Positions 27,165 through 38,899 of a stretch of 64,000 bases of DNA are shown in pieces. Under the pieces are notes generated by a model. The model was not told where the DNA came from. It made no database searches and was given only the letters and a program-made list of their open reading frames with translations. Location of the stretch: the NCBI GenBank assembly GCA_964016885.1, contig OZ024757.1:8680001-8744000 (forward strand). Reading direction: 5' to 3'. The position numbers and the translations under genes are program-made. The number at the start of each line of letters is the position of its first letter. The first letter of the stretch is position 1. The stretch is from Eledone cirrhosa. Taxonomy: Eukaryota.

Positions 27165-29745
27165 ATCATCATCATCATCATCTTCAACATTATCATTTAA
27201 CGTTCATTGTTATCACACCTGCATGGGTTAAACAGGTTGTCACGTTATGAGACATGTCAGGTGTGGAGACCAGGTCTCATATGGATGTGTATTTTGGTTT
27301 GGTTTCTAAGGCTGGATGTCCTTCTTAACACGAAACACGTTACAATGTGGACTGCACACTTTTGTATGACCACCTTACAGGATGAACTGGGTGTTTTTAT
27401 TGTTGTAGCATCAACGAGGTGTGAGGGCGGGGTCTTATGAATAGGAAGGGGTGAAGAGAGGATTGGTGAAGACTAGTGTGTACTCTACATGTTTGTTTTA
27501 TTTCAATTTCAGCACATGTGAAGGGGAGGGGTCTTCTACAGTACAGCATGACGCCAGAGGTCTCGATCCTGTAACATTTCCATTGAGAGGTTTAATTGGG
27601 CAATGTGAGCTTTTATTATTTCATCCCAAGCTTTCCTAGGTCTTCCACTTTCATAGTTAACATCGACTTTGACAACCCTGCACCTTGTTATACAGCTGTC
27701 ATCTTCCATATACATCACATGTCCAAACCACCACAATCTCCTCTCCTCTACACTGCATCTGACCTCTCTTATACCTAGTTTCTCTCTCAGTTTATTAATG
27801 CTTGTTGTTCATGCACACTATTACACATCTATCAGATCATGTAAACTTCATTTCTTTCCAGTCTTTATAGGTCCTCTGAATATATTGCCCTGGTCTCACT
27901 TCAATATAACATTGCTGTTTGTACACAGACTTCATACAATCTACCTTTCCCTTTCAGGGAAAATCATTTTGTAGGCAGCAGTAGTAGTAGCTCCCTAAAC
28001 TTTTTCCATCCCATTCTCACTCAGGCTACTGTACCTTCAGAACACCCACCTCCACTGTTAATTTGGTTAATTAGGTTAACAGAAATTATGAACCGGTTTC
28101 TACAGAGCCTTCTGGACATTTAACCCTTTAGCATTTAAACCAGCCATACCTAGCCAGAATACTCTCACATCTTTCTGTTCAAACCGGCCATAACTGGCCA
28201 CTCATACCGACATTAAGGTATTGTTCTCAATATAAATAATATCAAAATCTCATAGATTCGATATAAAGTGAGATAATTATGTAAGATAAAGCTTTTACCA
28301 CAAAAATACAATAGAATATATAGAGTAATGTAAATGCTAAAGGGTTAAACTAGATTATTATTTTGTGAGCTCTTGCTACTTATTGCTCTTGTGCATCAAG
28401 CACATACAAAACTTACATTCTTTTGCTAATCTCACTGAGATCCCAATACATCTCTTGTTTATCCATAGTTTGGAATTTCTACCTACTCCTTTCCTTTAGA
28501 CTGAGTTAGGCCATTTTCTTGAGGGGATATAGACCCTCTTTTCCTTTCTATTTTGCCAAGTTAACTTTAAGACATTTTCATTCTTCCGGGTTTGAATTTC
28601 TCCTCTAATGTTACCATAGATTAAGGTACAAGGGTTCAATCATGTGCATACATGAGTTCCCATGGACAGCCAGTCTTAAACTCTTATGTAATAGCCTGCA
28701 GGATGATAATAAACAGAAGAGGGTTAATAACAGAGCCCTGATAGACTTGCTCACTCAACTCCTCACTATAGCCATCATTACTTTTAACCTTACTGACTGC
28801 TCCTCCATACATGGCTTTTACTGCTCTCACAAGCCACTCATATATCCCTAGTTTTCTAAGTTACACACCAGATTATGGAACGGGGAAGTCTCACAAAAGC
28901 TCTCTCTGGGTCAACAAATGTCAAGTAGAGGGGCTTATTTTAGCTAGGTACTGCTCTTGCAGTTGCCACACAAGGAAGAGGACATCAGTGGTACTTTTAC
29001 CTGGCACAAATCCAAACTTCATCTCATCTAAGTTAACTTGGTCCCTAATCAGCTGTGTTATATCTCTAACATCTTCATGAAGTGGTCCATCTAATGTCTC
29101 TATAGTTTTCTAGCTCTAGTACATCTCCTTTGCCCTTGTAGCAGTTGATGATGATGATACTACACCATTTATTTGGTATGACACCATTTTGTATTACATG
29201 CTGTACGATACCAGTGGTTAAGATGTGACCCACCACCCCAGATACTTTCAGTATCTCAGCAATTATCACCAATGGACAAGATACTTTCTCTGTCTTCATA
29301 TCCTTAATTACCTTACTACACTACTGCTTACTTGTATGGTTGGACCCTCTGTTGGGCCCACTTTCTGTAGACTATCTTCCTCCCATGCATTCTCCTCATT
29401 CAGTAATCTTTCATAAAGGCATTTCCATGTTACAAAGATTGGCTGAAAAGTTCATAGACTATCAATGATAGTATGATGCTAGGGCTGTGAAATCTTGCCT
29501 GCATTAATTTCAACTTTTCTTATTTATAACTGCATTGTTTCCTTCCATGGACTATATTGAAAAATAAACCTCATTTGGTCATTCCATGAAGTCATTAAAT
29601 ACTGGGCTATGTTGGGAGGTGCATTCTTCCCCAGGGGGTGGGGATTGTGTGTCTACAAATGTCACTATCTCATCTTCTGGTGTGGATAAAAATCTGACTG
29701 GCATGCTCACCTTATTAACAGGTGTTGAAGTGGTTGTCGAGTAAA
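27165..29745 (-). mobile_element. Degenerate RTE LINE with 3' UTR; paralogue of 19130-21820
   Basis: ORFs 27536..27736 (WWFGHVMYMEDDSC..GRPRKAW) and 29075..29299. Same nested MITEs as the paralogue; internal deletion at ~29589. Confidence 0.85.
28124..28344. mobile_element. piggyBac-type MITE (221 bp)
   Basis: TTAA|CCCTTTAGCATTTA ... TAAATGCTAAAGGG|TTAA, i.e. a TTAA TSD and 14-bp TIR. The copy at 19660-19873 has lost its left TIR. Confidence 0.85.
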
Positions 29746-29779
29746 CGTTAAGACCCTCCTATATACATATATATATATA

Positions 29780-30490
29780 CTAGCAGTGCTACCCGGGGTT
29801 GCACGGGATAAGGTATTTTGGAACGCGGGCCGCCAACAGGCCTAATCGTGGAAAAACTGCATGCCTGGACAATATATAAAGAAAATATACCGAATACTCT
29901 GATGTCTGGATAATCTTTAAGATTTTCCTCGATGAAGCAGGACAAATGCAGGTTTTAACCTAATGCTGGCCCTAGGGATCAAGAAAATGAATTTTTTTTA
30001 TATGCATAATATGCCTTGAAATTTCGTGAAAATCAGCTAGACATGACGCCTCCAAGAAGCCCTAAGAGACTGAAAAAAAATGAAGTTTTTCACCTAATGC
30101 GGGCCCTAGGCCATAATAGAGTTGGATTTTCTTTTCTTACGGTATGAAAAAGAGACTGACTAATACAGTTACAATTTCAAGGAAATCGGTCTGATGTAAC
30201 GCCTAAAAAAACCCTTAAAAATGTTAAAAAATGCAGTTGAATCTTTTTATTTGCCTAACACTCCCTGAAACATAAGTAATACACATGTAAAGTTTGAAAA
30301 AAATCGGTTGGGTACTCACAGACACAGACAGACATTTTCAGGGAAGTGACTTAATGCAGACAGTCAGACATACAGACAGATATTATAAGGGCGCGACGTT
30401 ATATGTATCTATCTATCTAAAAAGAGAAAGACTAAGAATTATAGAGAGAGATCGCTAAATCGCCTAATATGGTCCCCAGGGCATAGAAAA
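29780..30490 (-). mobile_element. Non-autonomous Helitron copy, 5'-truncated (further fragment at ~31530-31703)
   Basis: Same CTAG and hairpin end and the same body as 21867-23665. Confidence 0.75.
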
Positions 30491-30947
30491 GTTATAATAA
30501 AATATATCTCAAACTAACTATTTTGCATAGTAATATATATTCATCCGTCTGTTAATTTTTCTATCCTCTCTATTCTTCATATCCGTATATTAATTTTCTC
30601 CTCTCCACATCCATATATTCTTGATTAATTTCTATCCTCTCTACTCCCTCATCCCTCTTTATTATCCTCTATTTCTTTCTCATCTTCCTCACCTATCCTT
30701 CCTCGTAGTCTACAATATATTCCCCCTTCTCTCCACATATCTTTATTATTATTAATATCAAATCTATTTTAATACAATAGGTTGATTTCGTAAAGTTGCT
30801 TGTTATACTTTTAACTATATCTTAGCTCCTTCTTTCTCTCTCATGTCCAAATGTCTCCCTTCCTCTATTTATCATTAACAATAGTATTGAGGGAGCAGTT
30901 TGAATGTTTTAAGTTTACCGTTACGCATATCATTTATATTTATTAAG

Positions 30948-31052
30948 AGTTTCTGATGAAATGGTTTGATTTAAATGTATTGTAAGTTGATTTATACTTC
31001 TCCAGTATTAGTAATTTATAGACAATTCCACCATGGAAACAATTGTAAGACT
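30948..31052 (+). ncRNA. Minimal type-I hammerhead motif (family B) within element 30907-31226
   Basis: AGTTT CTGATGA aATGGT..(~64 nt)..ACCATg GAAA C AATT G TA AGACT; triplet GUA. Confidence 0.62.
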
Positions 31053-31782
31053 ATAATTAAATACCCTTGATTGTTTTGTCAACCATGTTATTCTTAACTT
31101 TGTTATTACTCCAAGATATATTTACATAGGAATACAAAGCACAATTGTCCCCAAAGTAAACATCTTGTTGAGTCCCATACTACCGTGTGCTTAAACTGTC
31201 CATGAGACGTTTTCGTAGACTCTTATATTTAAGTTAAAAGGGCCAAATTTGAAAACAAATATATGGTTATCAAATTTGTTTCACCAACCCTATACATGAA
31301 ATTGATAACCATGACTATGAAAATATAAATGATTAAATCCAATTTATTTGATAACCATGACTTGTTTTCTAATTAACTTAACTTTCTTTTCTAATATGGT
31401 CCTTTTAAGGGCCACCTATATTTTCATTTAAGTTAATTCCACTGACATCGATATGTTTTAATAAAATAACTGTTTCTACATTTGCCACACACTTTTATTT
31501 GCTTGTATTACATGCCTGCATATGTACACACAGACACACACACACACAGACACACGCACACACACAGAGACAGACATTGTCAGGGAAGTGACGTAATGCA
31601 GACAGCCAGACATACAGACAGATATTATAAGGGCGTGAAGTTATATGTATGTATCTATCTAAAAAGAGAAAGACTAAGAATTATAGAGAGAGATCGCTAA
31701 ATCGATCGATAATGTGTTATCTTTATTATTATTAATATCAAATCTATTTTAATACGATAGGTTGATTTCGTAAAGTTGCCCG

Positions 31783-32490
31783 TGTATAACGGCGGCGAAG
31801 ATTCGAACCCGAATCTGAGCTTTCCCGCATCTGGAACAAGCAGTGGTAACTTGTTTACGCTCAAGAGACTAACCCCTTGGGAGAGGCTAAACACAGGTCA
31901 GAGGTGTTTACCCCTGACAGAAAATAGGTCAGAGGATATATCCATCTTTCGGACTTGTTTACTCTTGGCAAACTAATCCCTTGGGAGACTAACCAAAGTT
32001 CAGAGGATATATCTATCCTTCTAACTTCAACTCTTATAAATACAGGGGTTGTTTACGCCCCGACAGAAAAGAAGTGATATACAGACAAGACAAGTCGCAT
32101 TTACAGGCTCTCGTCACTAAAAACCAGTCTGTCACTTATTCTCACCTGCCTGGCTGATCGTTACTACTACTACTACTACTAAAACAAGCAAATATACTGA
32201 TACGCGTACACGCATTCACAGTGAGTTCACACTGTTTGTATTTTCACACGCACCATTTCTGTTTATACATATTGTATCTTTCGGATACAGTACAAATTAT
32301 ATTATAATCGCATTCTGTGATACTTGTATTTACGTGGCACGAAGACCCACCAGATTATTGTATGAATACTTTGTGTTATTGATTTTATCATTCAATATTC
32401 AAATTGAATATTGTTATAATAAAATAAACTTTGTAACAACACAATCCTGGTATTTTTCTTTACATCGAAACCACCATACCAACAGTTACA
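31783..32490 (+). mobile_element. Possible solo LTR
   Basis: TGTATAAC...GTTACA ends, TATAAATA at ~32036, AATAAA at ~32423 and an internal duplication. No clear TSD. Confidence 0.3.
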
Positions 32491-32567
32491 TCCATCCACT
32501 TATCATTACAACCACACAAATATTCCGTTATAGGCTGATATAGATCGGCACCAGTGACATTACAACT

Positions 32568-32975
32568 AACAAATGGAAACTATATTTATTTCATTATACA
32601 TATTTCAAGGGCCACCAAGGCAGATTATGGTGCGCTTTCCTCAGATAAAATATAATATAGATTAGTTTTATAAATAAATATTGACATTCCCTGAAAAATG
32701 CAACCTTCACGGTTGGAGTCTCCCGGTTGGAGTCAGGGTATGTCAATATTTATTTATAAAACTAATCTATATTATATTTTATCTGAGGAAAGCGCACCAT
32801 AATCTGCCTTGGTGGCCATTGAAATATGTATAATGAAATAAATATGGTTTTATAAATATAGTTTCCATTTGTTAATATATTGTATATTTACTCCAATAAA
32901 TTTGTTGAGTGCTTTATATCAGTTATAAAAATATTTTGCTTGTTGTATCCCAACAAATTAAATATAACCTCTACA
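32568..32975. mobile_element. Inverted pair of family-A Penelope-like ends, with hammerheads at 32587-32652 (-) and 32775-32840 (+)
   Basis: TATTTTAT CTGAGGA aagcgCACCA-taatctgcct-TGGTGgcc(a/c)tt GAAA T ATGT A TA ATGAAATA. Arms are separated by a ~38-bp spacer. Confidence 0.7.
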
Positions 32976-32978
32976 TAT

Positions 32979-33011
<33 letters not shown>

Positions 33012-33282
33012 CTACATACATGCACTATATATAATGTCCAGAGGAATGGCTGAAACAGCTTGACACCAACATTTATCATATATATATACACACTATACAT
33101 ACTATGTATACACTATATATATATCATCATCATCACCATCATCGATTAACATCTATCTTCCATGGGTTACACAGGTCCTATTTTGAGGCAAGTTGTGTCG
33201 GGTGACCGTGACAGCTCATATAGGGGTGTTTCTGGCTGGTTTTCTATGGCTGGATGCCCTTCCTAATGCCAACCACGTTGAC

Positions 33283-35140
33283 AATGAGGTGCCTGGAGTC
33301 CCTGGATGCCAGTTCCGGCGGGCGGCTGTTGAAGAACTGCCTGGTTACACGTGGCCCCCTCACACGCAGACACCCAGTTGCACCGGACTGAACTCCTCGC
33401 CCAGTTCAGGTGTTATGGACCTGCAGACCAGCTTGGCAGCCAGCCCTGGAAGACATTGCCCACAGAGATGGGGGCTATGCCACCCTCTTTCTTCCTGAGA
33501 GCGGTCAGGCTAGCCAAAAAAGAGGCCTTGGGCGTGAGGGTCCAGGGCGCCATGGATTAGCCTATTGGTGAGTGCCACAATTGAACTCAGAAGGCAGTGC
33601 CCGGCCTCAGTGGAGAGGGGGATAGCAACACCTTGAGGTGGCCAGGCCGGATACCATCAGCACCTCCGCTGCTGCTAGCTGGGAAGGACTTGATGGTGGA
33701 CATGATGTTTGCATTGGAAGCTACAAGGAGCAAGTGGGAATCGGGTGGGGCTATGGGTCTGAGATCAGTGAGTGGTTCAGGGTGCTTGAGTCTCAGGGCA
33801 GCCAGGACCTCCTCAGTGGGTTGGAGGACAGTGTCCTGTGAGGTAACCACTCTTACTGCAGCCGAGACATCACCCATGATTAATTTGCCAGTTACACAGT
33901 CACGCAAACGCTTCGTGCTGGCCTCAGTGGTGGAGGATTGTGGGCACCCGAGAGCACGGGGTGTGGTGTCGTTAGGCACATTTGGAATGGGCACTTGCCC
34001 AGAGAACGAAACATTGGCCCTGACAAAGGCTGCTGTCGACCGGCCGCCTCGGACAGCGTCAGAGATGGGGAGGCCGAGGGCGAGTTGGGCAAATTAAAAG
34101 AGTCGCACCCAGTCGCTAGTTCGATTGGAATCCAGGGCACTCCCAATCGAGGCACCAAGGGCATCGGCTACCGGGCTGGTCTCAGGATCCTGAGTGGGAT
34201 CTAGGCGATGATGACCAGTGATGCTTGGGCATCAGGCAAGGGTGCTGTGTTAGATGGCCGTGGCTGGGTAGATGAGGTGAAGAGACAGTTTCTGCATCTC
34301 CAATATGCGTGGTGCTGCAGGTGTCGACTGGTGTGGATGGAGGATGGGGCACGAAGAGGCATCAGGGGTGAGTGGCTGGTTGCCACCAGCCTAGATGCTA
34401 GGCAATAATGTGTGGGTGGAAGGGAAAGTGCTGATAAGCGGGCCTCATAGCTCACCTACATCAGATATGGAGGCGTCAGAAGACAAGAGAGAAAAGAAGG
34501 GGGTGCATGGAGGGGGACAACAAGAAGGTAGAATGTTAGCAGGAAGACCCAGAGTTCAGCACGCATACATGCGAGCATGTTAGCAGTTTCTCATAGAACC
34601 TTGTGGCTAAAGGTGAGTCTTTCAATCCTGAATACATGTGTTGTTGTTATTGTCACTGATGCTGGAGTTGGCTTCCTCTTGTTAATGGTAGTGTTTGCTG
34701 GTAAGTTGTTGGTGTATACACATATATGTTGTTGTTGTTAATGTCACCGCTGCTGTCACTGCCTTCCTCTTGTTAATGGTAGTGTTTGCTGGTAAGTTGT
34801 TGGTGTATACACATATATATGTTGTTGTTGTCAATGTCACCGCTGCTGTCGCTGCCTTCCTCTTGTTGATGGTGGTGGTAGTTGAAACAGCTCCCTATTC
34901 GGGCTGCCAGGCTGGTTGCTGGGACTCGAACACCTTCTTCAACCGAAGATGCGGGGTCGTTGTTATTGTCACTGTTTCTGTCGTTGCCTTCCTCTTGTTA
35001 ATGGTAGTGATAATTGTTGGTGCTACCTATATCGGCTGTCAAGCTGGCTGCTGTATCAGCTTCTGTGAGTGACGCTCCAATGGCCTTCTTGACCAAAGAT
35101 GCAGGTCAATGGCTTTTGGGATCGCTTGGCAACACAACGG
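33283..35140 (-). mobile_element. CRE-clade (RLE-type) non-LTR retrotransposon, 5' part through the RT N-terminus, degenerate
   Basis: GDVSAAVRVVTSQD..LAALRLKHP..IKSFPASSSGGADGIRPGHLK (ORF 33587..33994), then frameshifted LTALRKKEGGI-PISVGNVF-LAAK..FSPVQLGVCV*GG. GC-rich relative to its surroundings. Confidence 0.7.
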
Positions 35141-35339
35141 CAAATAAATATATTCTCTATTTTATTTTTCTTTCTTTCTAATCCGATTCAATATCATCAA
35201 TTAGAAAGACCAATGGAAACATTGTTTCCCTGGTCCAATCTGATGAGTTCCACTCCACTTGGTAAGTAAGGTCTGAGATGTTGAGATTTGTTACAAAAAA
35301 ATCACTAAAACCAAGATACTGGGTTGGTATAACTACCTG

Positions 35340-35935
35340 GTTTGTATGTGTTGTGGTGTGGTGTGTGGTGTGGTATGTGTTGTGATGTGTGGTATGGTGT
35401 GTTGTGGTGTGGTATGTGGTGTGGTATGGTGTGTTGTGTTATGTGGTGTGGTATGTGGTGTGTTGTGGTATGTGGTGTGTGGTGTGGTATGTGGTGTGAT
35501 GTGGTATGTGTTGTGGTATGTGATGTGGTGTGGTGTGTTGTGGTGTGGTATGTAGTGTGGTGTGTGTTGTGGTATGTGGTGTGTTGTTGTGTGGTATATT
35601 GTGGTATGGTGTGGGGTGTGTTGTGCTGTGATGTGTGTTGTAGTGTGGTGTGGTATGTGGTGTGGTGTGGTATGTGGTGTGGTATGGTGTAGTATGTGGT
35701 TGTGATGTGGTATGTGGTGTTTTGTGGTATGTGGTGCGGTATGTGGTGTGGTATGATGTGTGGTGTGTTGTGGTATGTGGTGTGGTGTGGTGTGGTATGG
35801 GGTAGTATGTGGTGTGGTGTGGTATGTGGTGTGTTGTGGTATGTGGTGGTATGTGGTGTGGTGTGGTGTGGTATGTGGTGTGGTGTGGTATGTTGTGGTG
35901 TGTGGGTGTGTGCAGGATAATGTGTAGTGTAAAGA
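35340..35935. repeat. (TGTGG/TATGTGG)n low-complexity tract (also at 58965-59095 and 61125-61460)
   Basis: Visible; explains the H/T/P- and V/C/W-rich ORFs. Confidence 0.95.
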
Positions 35936-37856
35936 TGAAATTTTACACACATAGGACCTAGAAGGTGTGTGAGGACTCTACCCCTTCAACCCTCTCAGAA
36001 ATAAATGGTTGAAGAAAAAGTGAAGAAAGTTGTAAAGTATTTTCAAATGTGAATTATTTTTTTAAAAAGTCAAAATGTCAACTGTCATGAAAGTACCATC
36101 CAACAAATATTAAAGTTATGCAATTGATTTTATTTACACATGTGGATATTTTGTCATAAATATAAATATAAACCAGTTAAGGTTTACTAAATAAACACAT
36201 ATAAACACATCAATTTTTTTTTTTTTAATGATGTAGTCGTAAGGGTGTCACTGTGGATATTTGAAGCTTGGTGGAGCCCTTCACTCTCCAGGTTTGAACA
36301 GTTGATTTCTTCCAGAGAAAGAGAGAGAATAAGAGGGAGGAAGTGAGATAGAAATATAGAGAGGAAGGACAGACCCCTGTGGTAGACTGGTATTGTTTTT
36401 ATCAACCTTGAATGGACGAAAGAAAGTTGACCTCAGCAGGATTTAAACCCAGAGAGCAGAGAACCAGGATAAATATGGCAGAAAACATTCTATTTATTGT
36501 CTTATAGACTTTAAATAAATGTTTCTACTTTTGACTCAAGGCCAGCAATTTGAAGAGAAAGGGGAATGCCAATTAAATCAGGACCAGTGCATTACTGTTA
36601 CTGTTTTTTATCAACCTTGAATGGAAGAAAGTCAAAGTTGACCATGGCATGATTTAATCCCAGAACAAAGGACTGTAACTTTATGACACAATGCATATCG
36701 TCTGACACTCTACTGATTCTGCAAATCCACCACCCTCAACAATGAAATGAGATTGTGTCTCTGTAAGAGCCCTTAATGACAAATAATATGAAGGGGTACT
36801 TTCTACAGGCTGTATTTGTTAATTACAATACAAAATCTCTGAGAATGATTTCCAACATAATAAATGTTCACCATAATAAATGTTCATCAATATATATTAA
36901 TATTATTATTTTCTGCTAGCATGTGTAGTGTGTATATTGTTAATATATGCAGGTATATATACATGTAGATATGATACATCAAATAAAATCATAATTGACA
37001 ATATATAATACATAGAAATTGAACGAAGACTGTGTTACACTGTCTTATGTAATCAGTAACATAATCCATGATACATTAAAAAAGACGATATTATATATAA
37101 ACTGCATTAGGAGAAAATTAGTGACGGAAATATATGAATGTTTATTTAAGCGATGGCTAACCGGAAGTGTTGACATTTCAGAAAAGAATCTTTAAATAAA
37201 CAAAATATATTTAATCAACATCCACGAAATTTAGTAGATAAATTATGTAATATTCATTCATGATTTATTCAAAGTAATGCAACTTATTTTACTAATGGGA
37301 TAACAAATTATAAACTGTACATAGTCCCGCGCTCCTTACTTTATTATAGTTTAGATTTATTAGGTCAGGTGGATTGGCCAGAACAATTATACTCTTCTTT
37401 TTTAGATGTCACGATCTTCCATGGCATTCCTGAGATCATTAATCTCCAGCTGGACATCCTGAGACATCTGATCTATGTAGGTCAATCCCAGTCATCCCAC
37501 TAGGGTCTTACAATATTTAGGTATCCACCACAATAGCCAGCTCATCCTACCCTCAGTGGAAATGTCCAGCATATCTCGTCCTCCGCTCCCTAGTTATTGT
37601 GGTAATCTTTGATATATGTCAGTATACTCCTTCCCTTTAAGTAATGTATAAAAATATAAAAATAATAAAATATATATATATATACACACACAACATATAT
37701 GTTGAGTTGTTTAAGATTTTTCAAGCTTCACATTTTATATTCTGACTTTCAAAGTGTGTCTAGATATTTGTGTTTTTCATATTTCACAGTGATGGTGTTT
37801 ACCGCAAGTGTTGACTACGTAGGTGAACAAACATTGACGAATGCCGAGTGAAAGAT

Positions 37857-38723
37857 TTACCTCATTTCACATGAATAAGGTTTTTCACCAGTATGTATTC
37901 TTTTGTGTTTTACAAGATTTGAACTCTGAGAAAAAGATTTCCCACATATTTCACATGAATAAGGTTTTTCACCAGTATGTATTCTTTTGTGTTTTACAAG
38001 ATTTGACCCCTGAGAAAAGGATTTACCACATATTTCACATGAATAAGTTTTTTCACCAGTGTGTACTCTTTTGTGAAGTTCAAGATGAGAACTACGAGAA
38101 AAAGATTTCCCACATATTTCACAATGGAAGAGTTTTTCACCAGTATGTATTCTTTTGTGATGTTCAAGTTGAGAACTCTGAGAAAAAGATTTACCACATA
38201 TTTCACAATGGAAGGGTTTTTCACCAGTGTGTGTTCTTTTGTGAATGACAAGAGCAGAATTATTTATGAAAGATTTCTCACATATCTCACAGTGGAAGGG
38301 TTTTTCTCCAGTGTGCCTCCGTATGTGGATAACAAGAGCAGAATTATTAGTAAAAGATTTCTCACATATTTCACAATGGAAGGGTTTTTCTCCAGTGTGA
38401 CTCCGTATGTGGACAACAAGATTAGAATTATCAATAAAAGATTTACCACATATTTCACAGTTGAAGGGTTTTTCTCCTGTGTGACTCCGTATGTGGATGA
38501 CAAGAGCAGAATTATTAGTAAAAGATTTCCCACATATTTCACAGTTGAAGGGTTTTTCTCCTGTGTGACTCCGTATGTGGATGACAAGAGCAGAATTATT
38601 AGTGAAAGATTTCCCACATATTTTACAGTGGAGGGGTTTTTCTCTGTGTATTTTCTCGTGTGAGGATAGTTTCAGTTTTGAAGAGAAAGTTTTCCTGCAA
38701 ATCTCACAGCTATATTCAGACAT
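37857..38723 (-). CDS. C2H2 zinc-finger protein ZNF-4, 288 aa, 10 complete fingers, no recognisable effector domain
   Basis: Open ORF from MSEYSCEICRKTF with ten CxxC-x12-HxxxH fingers and TGEKP-type linkers. An 11th finger is lost to a small deletion (YSCEMR*). Confidence 0.85.
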   Translation of the reverse strand: MSEYSCEICRKTFSSKLKLSSHEKIHREKPLHCKICGKSFTNNSALVIHIRSHTGEKPFNCEICGKSFTNNSALVIHIRSHTGEKPFNCEICGKSFIDNSNLVVHIRSHTGEKPFHCEICEKSFTNNSALVIHIRRHTGEKPFHCEICEKSFINNSALVIHKRTHTGEKPFHCEICGKSFSQSSQLEHHKRIHTGEKLFHCEICGKSFSRSSHLELHKRVHTGEKTYSCEICGKSFSQGSNLVKHKRIHTGEKPYSCEICGKSFSQSSNLVKHKRIHTGEKPYSCEMR

Positions 38724-38841
38724 ATTTCATAAAGGAATCTCACCACTGCCATTCATATATTAAGAAATGTAGCATTCAGTTGGTAAAGTAATAAGATGTA
38801 TGAAAGCGTAAGACTGATCTTGGAAGAAGTAGAAGCAAGTG

Positions 38842-38899
<58 letters not shown>

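Noticed and set aside
35205-35270. Hammerhead at CTGATGAG (also 58868 and 61024)
   Set aside because: No correctly placed stem II/GAAA. The upstream GGAAAC-att-GTTTCC is a plain hairpin.
35305-35952. His/Thr/Pro-rich and Val/Cys/Trp-rich ORFs (also at 58.9-59.1 kb and 61.0-61.5 kb)
   Set aside because: Translations of (TGTGG)n low-complexity DNA that is open in many frames.
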